A stretch of DNA of 64,000 nt from Candidatus Bathyarchaeota archaeon (GTDB lineage: Archaea; Thermoproteota; Bathyarchaeia; Bathyarchaeales; Bathycorpusculaceae), in assembly GCA_963811105.1 (NCBI GenBank), contig CAWEPZ010000002.1:320001-384000 (forward strand), written 5' to 3'. The notes under the pieces are model-generated. The model saw nothing but the letters and a program-made list of their open reading frames with translations. It searched no databases and was not told the origin of the DNA. Both the position numbers and the translations under genes were made by a program. The number at the start of each line of letters is the position of its first letter. Positions within the stretch are counted from its first letter, which is position 1. Shown here piece after piece: positions 10,352 to 20,562 of the stretch.

Positions 10352-11241
10352 GACGATTTTCTGTGAAGTCTTAAATAACTCAAAGTCGCCAAGACAACGC
10401 CGAGTGCTAATAATAAAGCCTTCGTCGTCAACGCTGCTGGAAAAGGCTTTGGTTGTTGCTCAGCGGCTTGTTTTAATTGGTTTAACTGTTCGAACCACGA
10501 TAAAGCTTGTTTGAGAGGTGCCCAAATTTCCTGCCTCGTCCTTCATAAACCATCATGTTGTGGTTTCCATCGGACAGGTCTGTCAATGTTGAGTTTCTTG
10601 TAATGATTATGTTATCTTGCCCATTTAAGCTGTAGGTTGCCCGCAAATGTCTTCGTTAACGTGGAAACGCAATGAAATCTATGGAATGTTATAGGTGATG
10701 TTTTTTTTATTGTCAGATCTGTTATGACTGGAGGTGTTGAGTCGGTGGTATTGCCGCTTGTATCGATCGTAGAGTAAACGATGGTTAGCCATCGGGCTTC
10801 GTAGTTAGTGTCGTTGATTCCTGTGAATTTGAAAAGTGCTCTTGGATTGTTGCCTCCCCAAACTTGAACTCCGGCTACCACAGTTATGGTTACGCAGTGG
10901 TGGCCCCCACCTAATGGGGGCAAGTCAACCGTTCCGGTTGTTTGCATGACGACATGCAGCTCCTCTGGATTAGTGCAAACCAACGGTATTTGACGCTTGT
11001 ATTTGTCATCAATATCGTAGGTCAACGTACAATCAATCATTCCCTTGCCAAAGGCCATTTGCAAAGTTAACTGGTTTGTAGTATATGTTGTATTGACTTG
11101 GCAGTGCAGTGTGACCTCCGCCATAGACAGTTACGCTTAGAGCGATTCTTGCGCTAACTTGTTTATACTCACATAATCAGCACTCAACATGAGGACAATA
11201 AATAGAAATGTTAGCAGTTTTTCTATTGCTTTAATTTCCAT
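10348..11241 (-). pseudogene. Decayed secreted, membrane-anchored Ig-like surface protein gene
   Basis: Pieces lie in different frames: signal-like MEIKAIEKLLTFLFIVLML (stop soon after), DSTPPVITDLTI, YSLNGQDN..NSTLTDLSDGNHNMMVY, DEAGNLG, and a terminal TM PFPAALTTKALLLALGVVLATLSYLRLHRKSS*. Confidence 0.7.
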
Positions 11242-11419
11242 CAGTGTTCACTGTTTGTGGTTTGTTTGTGGCAGGATATTACACTCCTCAAGGAGCAGAG
11301 TGTTCTACAAAAAGAACAGCCCCGAACCAATTTTGCACGCTCTCTCAAGGATTCGTTTTTCAGTGGCAGCACGTAAAAGTTATAAGCCAAAGAAAGACAT
11401 TGAAGATTAAACATCAAAA

Positions 11420-12427
11420 GTGACCGACTTCATGAACGCTTGGAAACTTCGAATTTCTATGGCTGCAACACTAGCCATAATCTTTGGTTTATCAACATTA
11501 ATTTTTGCAGTTATCTTGACGGTAGCTGGAATAGGATTTAGTCTTTTAACCATAGGTGTACTAGTCGTGGGACTCAACATAGCTCAATGGCTTCTGGCAC
11601 CTTATCTTATAGGCTTAATTTACAAAGTTCGAGAACTTAAACAAAATGAAAAACCAGAACTACATCAGGCAGTTAGTGATCTGAGCAAAAAAAGTGGAAT
11701 AGCCATACCGAAACTTATGCTATCGCAGATTCCGCTTCCAAACGCTTTCGCTTACGGCTCACCGCTATCAGGAACACGTGTTGCCGTTACTCAGGGGCTT
11801 CTAGATTCTCTCGACAGAGGGGAAGTTGAAGCTGTGCTTGGGCATGAACTTGGTCACATAAAACACCGTGATGTTCAAGTCATGATGGTAGCATCTTTCC
11901 TGCCTGCTTTGTTCTATTATATTGGTTACTCGATGATGCTTTCGGGCGTTTTCGGCGGAGGCGACAAGAAAAACAGTGGAGGCAGCAACGCACTAATAGG
12001 CATCGGCTTCATGGCATTCTCATGGATACTGACTTTTTTTACCCTGTATCTGAGCCGACTGCGCGAGTATTATGCTGATAGACACAGCGTTTCAGTAGTT
12101 GACAACGGAGCGGAAAAACTTTCCACAGGTCTTGTAACAATAGTTCAAGAAAGTAAACGAAGTGCAAAACCAAATCAAAACAGACAAAAAGGCAACAGCT
12201 CATTTAGAGCTTTATTTATCGCTGATCCAGATCGAGCAAACGCTGATGCGGCGGATTTGTACACTGCAAATATTCGAAGCAAACAAGATTTGCTAAGAGA
12301 AACACTAGCGAAACAGCCAAGTGGAACTGACAAATTCGTAGAAATCTTTTCAACTCACCCCAACATTATCAAACGATTGCGTGCTCTTCAAGAACTTGGC
12401 CAAAATCAATTAAGTCAGCCTAATTAG
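11420..12427 (+). CDS. htpX: Zinc metalloprotease HtpX (M48)
   Basis: PNAFAYG, HELGH, SRLREYYAD and STHP motifs. Confidence 0.93.
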   Translation: MTDFMNAWKLRISMAATLAIIFGLSTLIFAVILTVAGIGFSLLTIGVLVVGLNIAQWLLAPYLIGLIYKVRELKQNEKPELHQAVSDLSKKSGIAIPKLMLSQIPLPNAFAYGSPLSGTRVAVTQGLLDSLDRGEVEAVLGHELGHIKHRDVQVMMVASFLPALFYYIGYSMMLSGVFGGGDKKNSGGSNALIGIGFMAFSWILTFFTLYLSRLREYYADRHSVSVVDNGAEKLSTGLVTIVQESKRSAKPNQNRQKGNSSFRALFIADPDRANADAADLYTANIRSKQDLLRETLAKQPSGTDKFVEIFSTHPNIIKRLRALQELGQNQLSQPN

Positions 12428-13050
12428 AAACTATCCGCGTTAGTTAAGAAGGGATTAACCCTTTTTTCTTCACCCATAACAGTCGTGGGGCCATGCCCAG
12501 GGTAAATTAACAAATTATTAGGTAAACGCATCAACTTTTGCAAAGACAACTGCATGTCTCTGTTTGAACCCCCGGGAAAATCTGTTCTCCCAATTCCTTC
12601 AGCAAATAAAGTGTCACCAGTGAAAACAAGTCGTTCTCCGAGAAGACAAATGCTGCCACGCGTGTGCCCAGGTGTATGAACGACTTTAAGCGATTCATTG
12701 CCGAACTTAATTAAGCTGTCTTCCTCCAGAATGATATTAGCGGGATAACTATTTCTTTCAAGGTCTTCAAGAGCAGAGGCATCAAGCCTATGGATGTAAA
12801 TTGGCACCTTGTACTTTGCTTGAAATGTAGCATCACCATTTATGTGGTCTCGATGTCCATGAGTATTAACGATTAGCTTTACTTTTAGAGATTCTTCAGA
12901 TATGTAATCAAATATTTGTTGCGCTTCAGTGGGTAAATCTAATCCTGGGTCAATTATGATAGCCTCTTTAGATTGCTGAGCGCTAACTACGTAACAGTTC
13001 GTTGACAACATACCCACAATAAACGTCTCAATCAACATTGACATCAACAT
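12424..13050 (-). CDS. MBL-fold metallo-hydrolase (glyoxalase II-like)
   Basis: THGHRDH, HTPGHT, FTGDTLF and PGHG motifs. Confidence 0.9.
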   Translation of the reverse strand: MLMSMLIETFIVGMLSTNCYVVSAQQSKEAIIIDPGLDLPTEAQQIFDYISEESLKVKLIVNTHGHRDHINGDATFQAKYKVPIYIHRLDASALEDLERNSYPANIILEEDSLIKFGNESLKVVHTPGHTRGSICLLGERLVFTGDTLFAEGIGRTDFPGGSNRDMQLSLQKLMRLPNNLLIYPGHGPTTVMGEEKRVNPFLTNADSF

Positions 13051-13193
13051 CGAATATTACCAAATAAGACGAATTAAACTATTTGTTTGCCAACTAATTA
13101 GAACACAACAAGAATAAGCAGATATCTTTTCATTAACTCTCAAAATAGAGTAGTGTTTTTGAAAAGATTAGAGTATTAAAAATACGAATCCTG

Positions 13194-13454
13194 CTAAGCG
13201 TTGATATCTTGTTGGAAGCCGGTTAGCCTAATGATACTTCCACATTTTCCGCAAGATACTACTAGTTCAGCAAGTTCATCATTGACAACTTTAGTGTCTA
13301 AAATTTGATAATTCTTGTCTGTCTCATCTTCAGGAGATATTGCTAAACCGCATTTGGGGCAAGAGAAAGAACCATCATCTTCAATGCTAAATGCTTTCAC
13401 TGTGTATTCCGCTCCTTTTTTCTGCAGCTTTTTCATCATCATTTCTTTTTTCAC
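13194..13454 (-). CDS. Small zinc-ribbon protein
   Basis: CPKC and CGKC pairs; 86 aa. Confidence 0.75.
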   Translation of the reverse strand: MKKEMMMKKLQKKGAEYTVKAFSIEDDGSFSCPKCGLAISPEDETDKNYQILDTKVVNDELAELVVSCGKCGSIIRLTGFQQDINA

Positions 13455-13596
13455 CTTTTTTTCTTTTCCTAAGTTTTATTCATTGATTTTCTTAATTAAC
13501 GGTTGTGAATTACTAGTCAGTAAATAGGATTTATTAAAAAACTTCACCCAAAAAGGTGATGAAGTAATATTGATTTTTTTTTCATTTTTGATTGCC

Positions 13597-15498
13597 TCAG
13601 GTTGTTTCTTTCTCAAAGTTTTCGGGTGAGATGTAGTCTCCATATTTCTCTCTTGAATCTAATAGTCGTTGACGCTGCAGATACAGTATGCCAAATAATT
13701 CTAGTGGTGTATCGGTGACGTTTTCTTGGTAGAAACGTTGGACTCGTTCAATTTTCGCTAGGTTTTCCGGGACTCGAATGGTAAATTGTTTAACATAGTC
13801 TTCTTTGGCATAGTTTTTACCCAGAACCTGTTTGAATAACCGTCGTAAATCTTCGTATTTTGGTATGTATCCCGTTGGAGTTTTCAAAGCCTCAACTTCG
13901 TTATGGACTCTTTGCTCCATCCATTTTATCCAAACATGCTTATCCTGAGTGCCGTTCACGTATTTGCCGTTACCCACTTCCTTTAAGAAATAGTTAACGC
14001 CGAAAATGATTGGTTGCTTTTTGAGTTTGCGTCCAAAATCTAGGTTGTTGTGAACGTTTTTGCCCAGTGGTATCGATATGAAGTCTTGTATGCTCATCAT
14101 GTTAATTTCTGGAACACCCTCCTTACCTATTGTTGCGAACGTAGTTTCGGTTTCAAGTGAAGCTCCGTAAGCTATGATGCCGTGCTCCCAGCTGAAGCTT
14201 TGTTGCACAGGCACGTAGGCTTTGGTGTCTCGTCCCCCATACATTATGCCGCCTAATTCAACACCCATTGGGTTGTGCAGTTCTGCATCACAGTTTTCTA
14301 GTGCTTTGAGTGCTAGTGTGTAACGAGCGTTTTTGTTGGCAGGGGGAATATCATTGCCATTCTCGTCTTTTTTGCCTTCGTACCACGTTCCAGTGTAGTT
14401 GCATCCTTCTTTTGGCAGTTCTTGCCCCATGCCAAGCCAGTATGGTTTTCCATCTTTGACGAGTACATTAGAGAAAATGATTTCGCCAGGGTTAGTTAGT
14501 AACTTGTAAATTAAAGCGTCATCCTTGGAGTTTACATCTTGTATTATGCCGAATATGCCCGATTCCACGTTGACCGCCCGAGCAGCAGAATCAATGTCTC
14601 GTATGTAAGCAATGTCATCGCCAAGAATTGTTTCTCCAGGTAGCATAGCTGTTGAGGTTTTTCCACAAGCGCTTGGAAAAGCTCCAGCGAAGTAAGTCTT
14701 GCGTCCGCTAGGGCCAAAGACACCCATTAGCAGCATGTGTTCGGCTAACCATCCTTCGCTGCTTGCTTTTCGAATGGCTAAACGGAAGGCGAGTTTTTTG
14801 AAGCCCACAGAGTTTCCAGCGTATTGAGTGTTAACGCTGTAGATTGTGTTATCCATTTGGTCAATGTAAATGCGTTTTTTGTCATGTTCTACGCTTGTCA
14901 TTTCACCATCCAGTTTTCCAGCTGAGTGAATAACTCGTAGGAAATCACTTTTTGGTCCTGCTTTCAGAAATTGTTCGTATCCGGAGCGGTAGAGGAGACT
15001 TTCGGAGTGAGCAACATACCATGAATCTGTACATTGCACACCGAGAATTGTAAAGATTGAATCTTTCGGACCTAGAGAGATTAAACGAACAATCATTGTT
15101 TTTCCCTGCATAGAGTCCCGCATTAAGCCTCTAACTTCAGCCAAACCTTCTTGGCGGTCCATTTGGTTGAGGGCTTTACTTAGGAAAACTCCTTTAGGCA
15201 CGAGATATTTGGTGGCTTGTCGGTCTCGTCCTTGGTCATATTCGCCATCAAAATGAATGGTATGCCCCTGCAGGGTTAAGATCGCTTGCTCTTCACCTGA
15301 CGCAATTGCTTGTTTTTTGACATGAGCAATATCTTCGACAGAGTCGCTGCAGATAAAAATTTCTTTAGGTTGGCAAAGGTCGCTTTCTTTAGCTATGAAC
15401 TCATGTAAGTTAGGGTTATCTATTATGCTGAGTTTTTTGAAGTCTGATGCGCTAAGTTTTGGCTCAAGCGCCTCAAGGTACGGATTCATTATGCCCAT
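13597..15498 (-). CDS. pckG: GTP-dependent phosphoenolpyruvate carboxykinase
   Basis: YAGNSVGFKK, WLAEHM, AFPSACGKTS and GDDIAY motifs. Confidence 0.95.
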   Translation of the reverse strand: MGIMNPYLEALEPKLSASDFKKLSIIDNPNLHEFIAKESDLCQPKEIFICSDSVEDIAHVKKQAIASGEEQAILTLQGHTIHFDGEYDQGRDRQATKYLVPKGVFLSKALNQMDRQEGLAEVRGLMRDSMQGKTMIVRLISLGPKDSIFTILGVQCTDSWYVAHSESLLYRSGYEQFLKAGPKSDFLRVIHSAGKLDGEMTSVEHDKKRIYIDQMDNTIYSVNTQYAGNSVGFKKLAFRLAIRKASSEGWLAEHMLLMGVFGPSGRKTYFAGAFPSACGKTSTAMLPGETILGDDIAYIRDIDSAARAVNVESGIFGIIQDVNSKDDALIYKLLTNPGEIIFSNVLVKDGKPYWLGMGQELPKEGCNYTGTWYEGKKDENGNDIPPANKNARYTLALKALENCDAELHNPMGVELGGIMYGGRDTKAYVPVQQSFSWEHGIIAYGASLETETTFATIGKEGVPEINMMSIQDFISIPLGKNVHNNLDFGRKLKKQPIIFGVNYFLKEVGNGKYVNGTQDKHVWIKWMEQRVHNEVEALKTPTGYIPKYEDLRRLFKQVLGKNYAKEDYVKQFTIRVPENLAKIERVQRFYQENVTDTPLELFGILYLQRQRLLDSREKYGDYISPENFEKETT

Positions 15499-15608
15499 AT
15501 TTTTATCGCTTTCCTTGGTGTCATTTGCGTAAGTAAATTAAAAACTTTGTGCAAGAAAAATAAAAGTTGAGGATTGTAACAATCAACCGCCAGTTTCTTT
15601 ACACATTA

Positions 15609-16574
15609 TTAGAGTTCATTTACAATACCAGGTACTCTTGGGAACGGTTGACATTCACCAATATGTTTGACGCCTGCAATCCAGCCTACTAAACGTTCCA
15701 TGCCAATGCCTCCGCCAGCAGTGGGTTTTAACCTGCCTTCCTTTGCCATTTTCAACACTAAAGCATAGTTCTCTTTCTTAACTTGGTCGCGTTCAATCTT
15801 CTTTGAGATTTTGCTATATTCCCATTCTCGCTTCGCACCTGACAGTACTTCACCGAATTGCGGCAAAAATAGGTCATAGTTGTCCCATTTGCCTGATTTG
15901 AAGTCTTCATAATCATAGAATTCTCTAGGAATGTTCGTCACCCAAACAGGTTCGGTTATATCTTTTGATAAGCCGAATTCCCAGTCGGTTGAACCGTATT
16001 TAGATTCTAATTCAACGCGGTCGTAGACTTTGAATGGCCTTTTAGGTGATTTAAGAGTCACGCAACGACATAGAGTAGTTAATTCTACTTTCATTTCACG
16101 CTTCAAATCTTTAACCAATATGCAGAGAGCATCTTCAACTAAGGTCATGATGTCTTTTGAGGTGGCATCTCTGGCTTCAAAGTCAAGTTGTGTAAACTCA
16201 TAGATGTGCTTGCCTGTTTTCGCACGTTCGGCTTTCTCGATGCGTATGTTAGGTGAGAGGATGAAAAGTTTCGGATAAGCGGTGGAGGAAGCAACGAGCT
16301 TATGGATAATCATGCTAGCGGTTGTGCGAACTGGTTTACCGTAAATGTCAACTTCAATTCTTTTGTCTATGGATGCGCCTGGATCTGGCCACAGCGGGTC
16401 GGTACTTTGGCTTAGGGCTACTGGAAGCAACCATTGAAAGCCATTATTTACAAATGTGGATGTGAGGCTTTTTAGCGTATAAGTCATAATTTTGCCAATG
16501 CAAGCTTTTCTTTCAAGTTCACTTGGTGAGAGTTGATCTAATGTTTTTGGAATTTCAATGATTTCTTGTTTCAA
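15609..16574 (-). CDS. asnA: Archaeal asparagine synthetase A (AsnRS catalytic-core paralogue without anticodon domain)
   Basis: TDPLWPDP, SMIIHK, SPNIRIE, HIYEFTQLDFE, GEVLSG..RE and GGGIGMERL motifs. Confidence 0.88.
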   Translation of the reverse strand: MKQEIIEIPKTLDQLSPSELERKACIGKIMTYTLKSLTSTFVNNGFQWLLPVALSQSTDPLWPDPGASIDKRIEVDIYGKPVRTTASMIIHKLVASSTAYPKLFILSPNIRIEKAERAKTGKHIYEFTQLDFEARDATSKDIMTLVEDALCILVKDLKREMKVELTTLCRCVTLKSPKRPFKVYDRVELESKYGSTDWEFGLSKDITEPVWVTNIPREFYDYEDFKSGKWDNYDLFLPQFGEVLSGAKREWEYSKISKKIERDQVKKENYALVLKMAKEGRLKPTAGGGIGMERLVGWIAGVKHIGECQPFPRVPGIVNEL

Positions 16575-16622
16575 TTTGGGTCACTTTTGTTGATTTAATG
16601 GAAACTACACTATGCAAACGAG

Positions 16623-16701
16623 ATAATAAGTTTATTATAGTAAAACGTAGATAAATTACAAAAAATACATGTTTTTATACTTAAAACGTGTAATATTTAC
16701 A
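16623..16701. promoter_or_regulatory. Divergent promoter region with inverted repeats (candidate Lrp operators)
   Basis: ATAATAA-GT-TTATTAT (16623-16638), TGTAA-TAT-TTACA (16689-16701) and a doubled TAAAACGT lie between asnA and the Lrp gene. Confidence 0.45.
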
Positions 16702-16702
16702 T

Positions 16703-17212
16703 ATGAGCTCAAAAATAGATGAAAAAGACCTAGCTATACTTCAGCTAATACAAGAAAACAGCAAGCTCACAGCCAAACAAATCGCAAAAAAAATCAGCTC
16801 ACCCATAACAACAGTTTTCGCAAAAACAAAGCGCATGGAAGAACTCGGCATTATAAAACGGTACCGTGCAATTTTGGCTCCTGAAAAGTTGAATTTAGGT
16901 ACTGCAGCCTTCATCTTAGCATCCGTTTCCTATAGAACAAAAAACGATGATATCCCTGTCTCTCAAAGAGATGTGGCAGAGGAAATTGCGCGACTCCCTG
17001 AAGTCCAAGAAGTCTACATAATTACTGGGGACTGGGATTTACTTGTGAAGCTTCGAGCTGAGAATGTTGACGCCGTGGGCAAATTTGTGGTCGATAAGTT
17101 GAGATTAATCAAAGGTTTAGAGAAGTCGCTGACATGTATGGTTTTTGAAACTGTAAAGGAAACAACTAGTTTGGGGCAATCGATTAAAAGATTTGAGAAG
17201 AAACCAGTTTAG
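16703..17212 (+). CDS. Lrp/AsnC family transcriptional regulator
   Basis: IDEKDLAIL..QENS HTH and ITGDWDLLVK RAM domain; divergent from asnA. Confidence 0.93.
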   Translation: MSSKIDEKDLAILQLIQENSKLTAKQIAKKISSPITTVFAKTKRMEELGIIKRYRAILAPEKLNLGTAAFILASVSYRTKNDDIPVSQRDVAEEIARLPEVQEVYIITGDWDLLVKLRAENVDAVGKFVVDKLRLIKGLEKSLTCMVFETVKETTSLGQSIKRFEKKPV

Positions 17213-17649
17213 GGCTTTGTTTCGATAGAGCGAGAGTAATAGAGAAGCGGCAAGGATAGAAGTACTGTGTTTTTTCCTTTAGGCGTTAAAGCATACTCCA
17301 CTCGCAGTGGTGGGCCAGCATCTACATTTCTTGTAATGTATCGATATTTCTGGAGCATTTTGAGCTTGTCTGAAAGAGTTCTTGAGTTAACCGTTAAGAT
17401 TCGTTTGATTTCGGCAAAACCTATTGCATTTTTTAGCAATAATGTGTAGAGTATTTCAAGGCTCCACTTCTGAAACAAGAGATTAAAGCTCTCTTGAAGA
17501 CTGTCAAGTTCCTCTTTAAGTTCGGAAGGTGTTATTTTTTGGGTTTCGATAATTTGGGTCAATGTTATCTCTACACCTTTCAGCACTTGTTCCATGCGAC
17601 CTTCAACAATTCGTCGAAATTCAGCACTTAGGGTTAATGGAGCGCTCAT
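17209..17649 (-). CDS. HxlR-family winged-helix regulator
   Basis: KWSLEILY..L, RTLSDKLK.L and PPLRVEYALTPKG motifs. Confidence 0.88.
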   Translation of the reverse strand: MSAPLTLSAEFRRIVEGRMEQVLKGVEITLTQIIETQKITPSELKEELDSLQESFNLLFQKWSLEILYTLLLKNAIGFAEIKRILTVNSRTLSDKLKMLQKYRYITRNVDAGPPLRVEYALTPKGKNTVLLSLPLLYYSRSIETKP

Positions 17650-17687
17650 CTATTTACACTCAGTGTAGATGGGCTCACTTCACACTT

Positions 17688-17705
17688 TATAAGTATTTAC
17701 TTATA
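17688..17705. promoter_or_regulatory. Perfect 8-bp inverted repeat over a TATA-like element (candidate HxlR operator)
   Basis: TATAAGTA-TT-TACTTATA between the divergent hxlR and GGR genes. Confidence 0.55.
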
Positions 17706-17747
17706 CAACAAGGTATACAAAATACATCAGTCAGGAGAAGATAACAC

Positions 17748-19109
17748 TTGGAAAAATTTGACGCCATAGTTGTAGGAGCGGGAACAGCAGGATGCTTAGC
17801 AGGAAAAACCATCGCTGAATTAGGACTAAAAGTCTGCATCGTAGAAAAGAAAAAACGTGAGGAGATAGGAGAAAAAATCTGCGGTGACGCTCTTGGAGAG
17901 CACCACCTTAAATTCCTCGGGCTAGAGAAACCAACAGGAGGCGAGTTGGAAGCAAAAATCGACGGCATAAAAATTTACTCCCCTGATGAAAACACTATTT
18001 TTACCATCGCAGACAAAGACTTCGTAGGCTACTTGCTTAACAGGCGGCTGTTTGGGCAATGGTTGCTTAAAAAAGCCACTGACAAAGGCGCACTCCTGCA
18101 AGACTGCATGAATTTTCGTTCACCTATTATCGAAAAAGGCGCAGTGACAGGAGTAACAGCCAAAAACATGAAAACAGGCAAGACACTTGAGCTTCGTAGC
18201 AAAGTTGTCGTTGACGCTACGGGCTATTTCGGAATGGTACGTAAACAACTTCCCACTGAGATGGGTATAGACCGAGAAATAGCAAACGAAGACGTTGAAG
18301 CTTGCTACAGAGAAATCCGCCAACTCAAACAAGAAACCGAAAACACCCGCTTCTGCGAAATCTACCTCAACCAAAAAGCTTCACCCGGCGGTTACATATG
18401 GATTTTCCCGAAAGGCGGCGCCAGAGTCAACGTTGGCATAGGCACATGCATGCGCGAAAATTATCCAAATCCCAAAACACAACTCTACGAAACAGCCTTT
18501 AAGAAACCTATCTTTAATGACTCTTTGGTTCTAAATGCGGGTTCATGGTTCGATCCTGTCAGAAGACCCTTAGACAACATGGTTTCAAACGGTATCGTAT
18601 TGGTCGGCGACGCCGCTTCGTTGGTTAACCCAATTCACGGCGGCGGCATCGGGCCTTCAATGCTAAGCGGTTACCTAGCAGGACAGCAAATCGTTGAAGC
18701 TTTGGGCAAGGGTGAACCAACCAAAGAGTATCTGTGGGGCTACAATAAGAAATACATCGACACTTATGGGAAGAAACAAGGAACCTTAGATATTTTCAAA
18801 ATGTTCCTCTTATCCTGTAGCGACGAAGACCTTAATTATGGCATGAACGAGAAACTCATGACTGAAGATGACGTGCTTAAAGCTGGTATGGGAGACGACT
18901 TCCACTTAAACATCACGGAAACCGCCAAACGGGTCTTTCGAGGCATACGGCGCATAGGATTTCTCAAAAAGCTTCGCTTGACCGTGACTATGATGCGCGA
19001 ACTTAGCGCACACTACAATTCTTACCCCACCTTGCCAAGAAATTTTGAGCCATGGCGCCTGCAAACCGTAAAGTTGATTGATGACGCTAGAGGAAAACTC
19101 GTAAAATAG
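17748..19109 (+). CDS. Geranylgeranyl reductase family (digeranylgeranylglycerophospholipid reductase)
   Basis: GAGTAG, KICGD, PGGYIWIFPKG and GDAA..VNPIHGGGI motifs. Confidence 0.9.
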   Translation: MEKFDAIVVGAGTAGCLAGKTIAELGLKVCIVEKKKREEIGEKICGDALGEHHLKFLGLEKPTGGELEAKIDGIKIYSPDENTIFTIADKDFVGYLLNRRLFGQWLLKKATDKGALLQDCMNFRSPIIEKGAVTGVTAKNMKTGKTLELRSKVVVDATGYFGMVRKQLPTEMGIDREIANEDVEACYREIRQLKQETENTRFCEIYLNQKASPGGYIWIFPKGGARVNVGIGTCMRENYPNPKTQLYETAFKKPIFNDSLVLNAGSWFDPVRRPLDNMVSNGIVLVGDAASLVNPIHGGGIGPSMLSGYLAGQQIVEALGKGEPTKEYLWGYNKKYIDTYGKKQGTLDIFKMFLLSCSDEDLNYGMNEKLMTEDDVLKAGMGDDFHLNITETAKRVFRGIRRIGFLKKLRLTVTMMRELSAHYNSYPTLPRNFEPWRLQTVKLIDDARGKLVK

Positions 19110-19221
19110 GTGAGAGCGGTTTTTTCCTCCATTACTTTTTTGTTTTTGCACTTTGTATTGTCAGGACCTCGTGGTAAAGGCTTAAATTTGAATTGTCTTA
19201 TGCATATTTACTGGTGAAAAA

Positions 19222-19572
19222 ATGGCTTACTGTTCAAATTGCGGTGCAAGAATCGAAGATAACGCTTATTTTTGCCCAAATTGTGGCACTAAAACAGATA
19301 AAGGTAAAGCTGCAAAAGCGGTTTATCCGGCTGATGAGTTGCGGGATGCTTTTTATAAAGTGGGAATCGAGCTTGAACGCGCATTCAATATAGCAGCACG
19401 CGAGACACATTCAGCTATCCAGAGGGCACGAGAAAACATTCAACAAAAAACTACACAGCAACAAAATATCACTTGCTCCAAATGCTCAACAAAGAACCCG
19501 TATGGCTCGATTTTCTGTCATAACTGCGGCACGAGGCTAGCTCCTGTTGAAGAGTCACAAGGTAGCACATAG
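19222..19572 (+). CDS. Protein with zinc ribbons at both termini
   Basis: CSNC..FCPNCG at the N-terminus and CSKC..FCHNCG at the C-terminus, with a helical linker. Confidence 0.85.
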   Translation: MAYCSNCGARIEDNAYFCPNCGTKTDKGKAAKAVYPADELRDAFYKVGIELERAFNIAARETHSAIQRARENIQQKTTQQQNITCSKCSTKNPYGSIFCHNCGTRLAPVEESQGST

Positions 19573-19574
19573 AA

Positions 19575-20045
19575 ATGGGCGCAAAGACACTTGTAGTCTA
19601 CGAAACGAAGGGCGGGGCCACAGAAGAGTCGGCTAAAAAAATTGCTGATGTTTTGTGTTCTATGTTCCAGTTGGACACTGATTTAATTGATCTCTCAGAG
19701 CAAAAAGTCAGCACTCTATCCGAATACAGCAATGTGTTCGTTGGAGCTGGCGTAAGGGCTGGGAGAGTATACAGCAAAGCGTTAAAGTTTCTTGAAAACG
19801 ATTTTACTGGCAAGAAGGTGGCTTTTTTCGTTTCCTGCGGTCAAGGAGGAGACCCTGAGAAGTGCGAAGCGGCGAAAGTGAGATTTGCAGTAGAAACCTT
19901 AGCACGCTATCCTAATATTAACGCTGTAGCTTGTGCAGCTTTTGGCGGACACATGAAAATCCTTGGGAGAAAAATTTTTGACAATCTCGACTTAGCTAAG
20001 GTAGAGGATTGGGCAGAAGAACTTGGGAAAAAATTCACCCAATAA
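19575..20045 (+). CDS. Flavodoxin-domain protein (HemG-like)
   Basis: VVYETKGGATEE..KKIA, VGAGV and FGG motifs. Confidence 0.85.
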   Translation: MGAKTLVVYETKGGATEESAKKIADVLCSMFQLDTDLIDLSEQKVSTLSEYSNVFVGAGVRAGRVYSKALKFLENDFTGKKVAFFVSCGQGGDPEKCEAAKVRFAVETLARYPNINAVACAAFGGHMKILGRKIFDNLDLAKVEDWAEELGKKFTQ

Positions 20046-20250
20046 ACAAGAATGCACCAAGGCTAATGCTTTGCTTTGTCCGACTTGTTGTGTTGAATAC
20101 GTTGAAGTTGAGTTTGTCTGCGAGATTGAAGGCTGTATTTTGCCTAAAGTCAAGGCGCTTAGGTGCCCGTCGTGTGAAGAAGAAGTGTTTACAGCGGAAC
20201 AACAGGAAGTTGTCAGCAAACGAATCAGCTACTGTACACAAAGTACTTGA
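20023..20250 (+). CDS. YgiT/MqsA-type zinc-finger small protein (start uncertain)
   Basis: CPTC...VKALRCPSCEEEVFT pattern. Confidence 0.55.
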   Translation: MGKNSPNKQECTKANALLCPTCCVEYVEVEFVCEIEGCILPKVKALRCPSCEEEVFTAEQQEVVSKRISYCTQST

Positions 20251-20562
20251 CTGTCCCTGATCACAATTACAGTGATTTCTTGTTTTGTTTTGTGAATCCT
20301 GAATTTTTATGCTATGTTTTTTAATTCAAAGTACCGGGTCCAAATATTTCAAAAATCACTAAACTGTTAGATGCTATTCAAGATGAAACATATTTTGAAA
20401 AGTTTAATGAGAAGACTTTCTAAGCTTAGTGTTTAGCGAAATTTCCTATCCTAAATAATTTAAGGTAAAAAGCAAAAACGGTTATTAACAAGGAAACAAG
20501 ATACGCATACGCAGAGTTATTGAAAACAAAAAACTGAGATGGCGTATTTGGGCGGAAGATAT

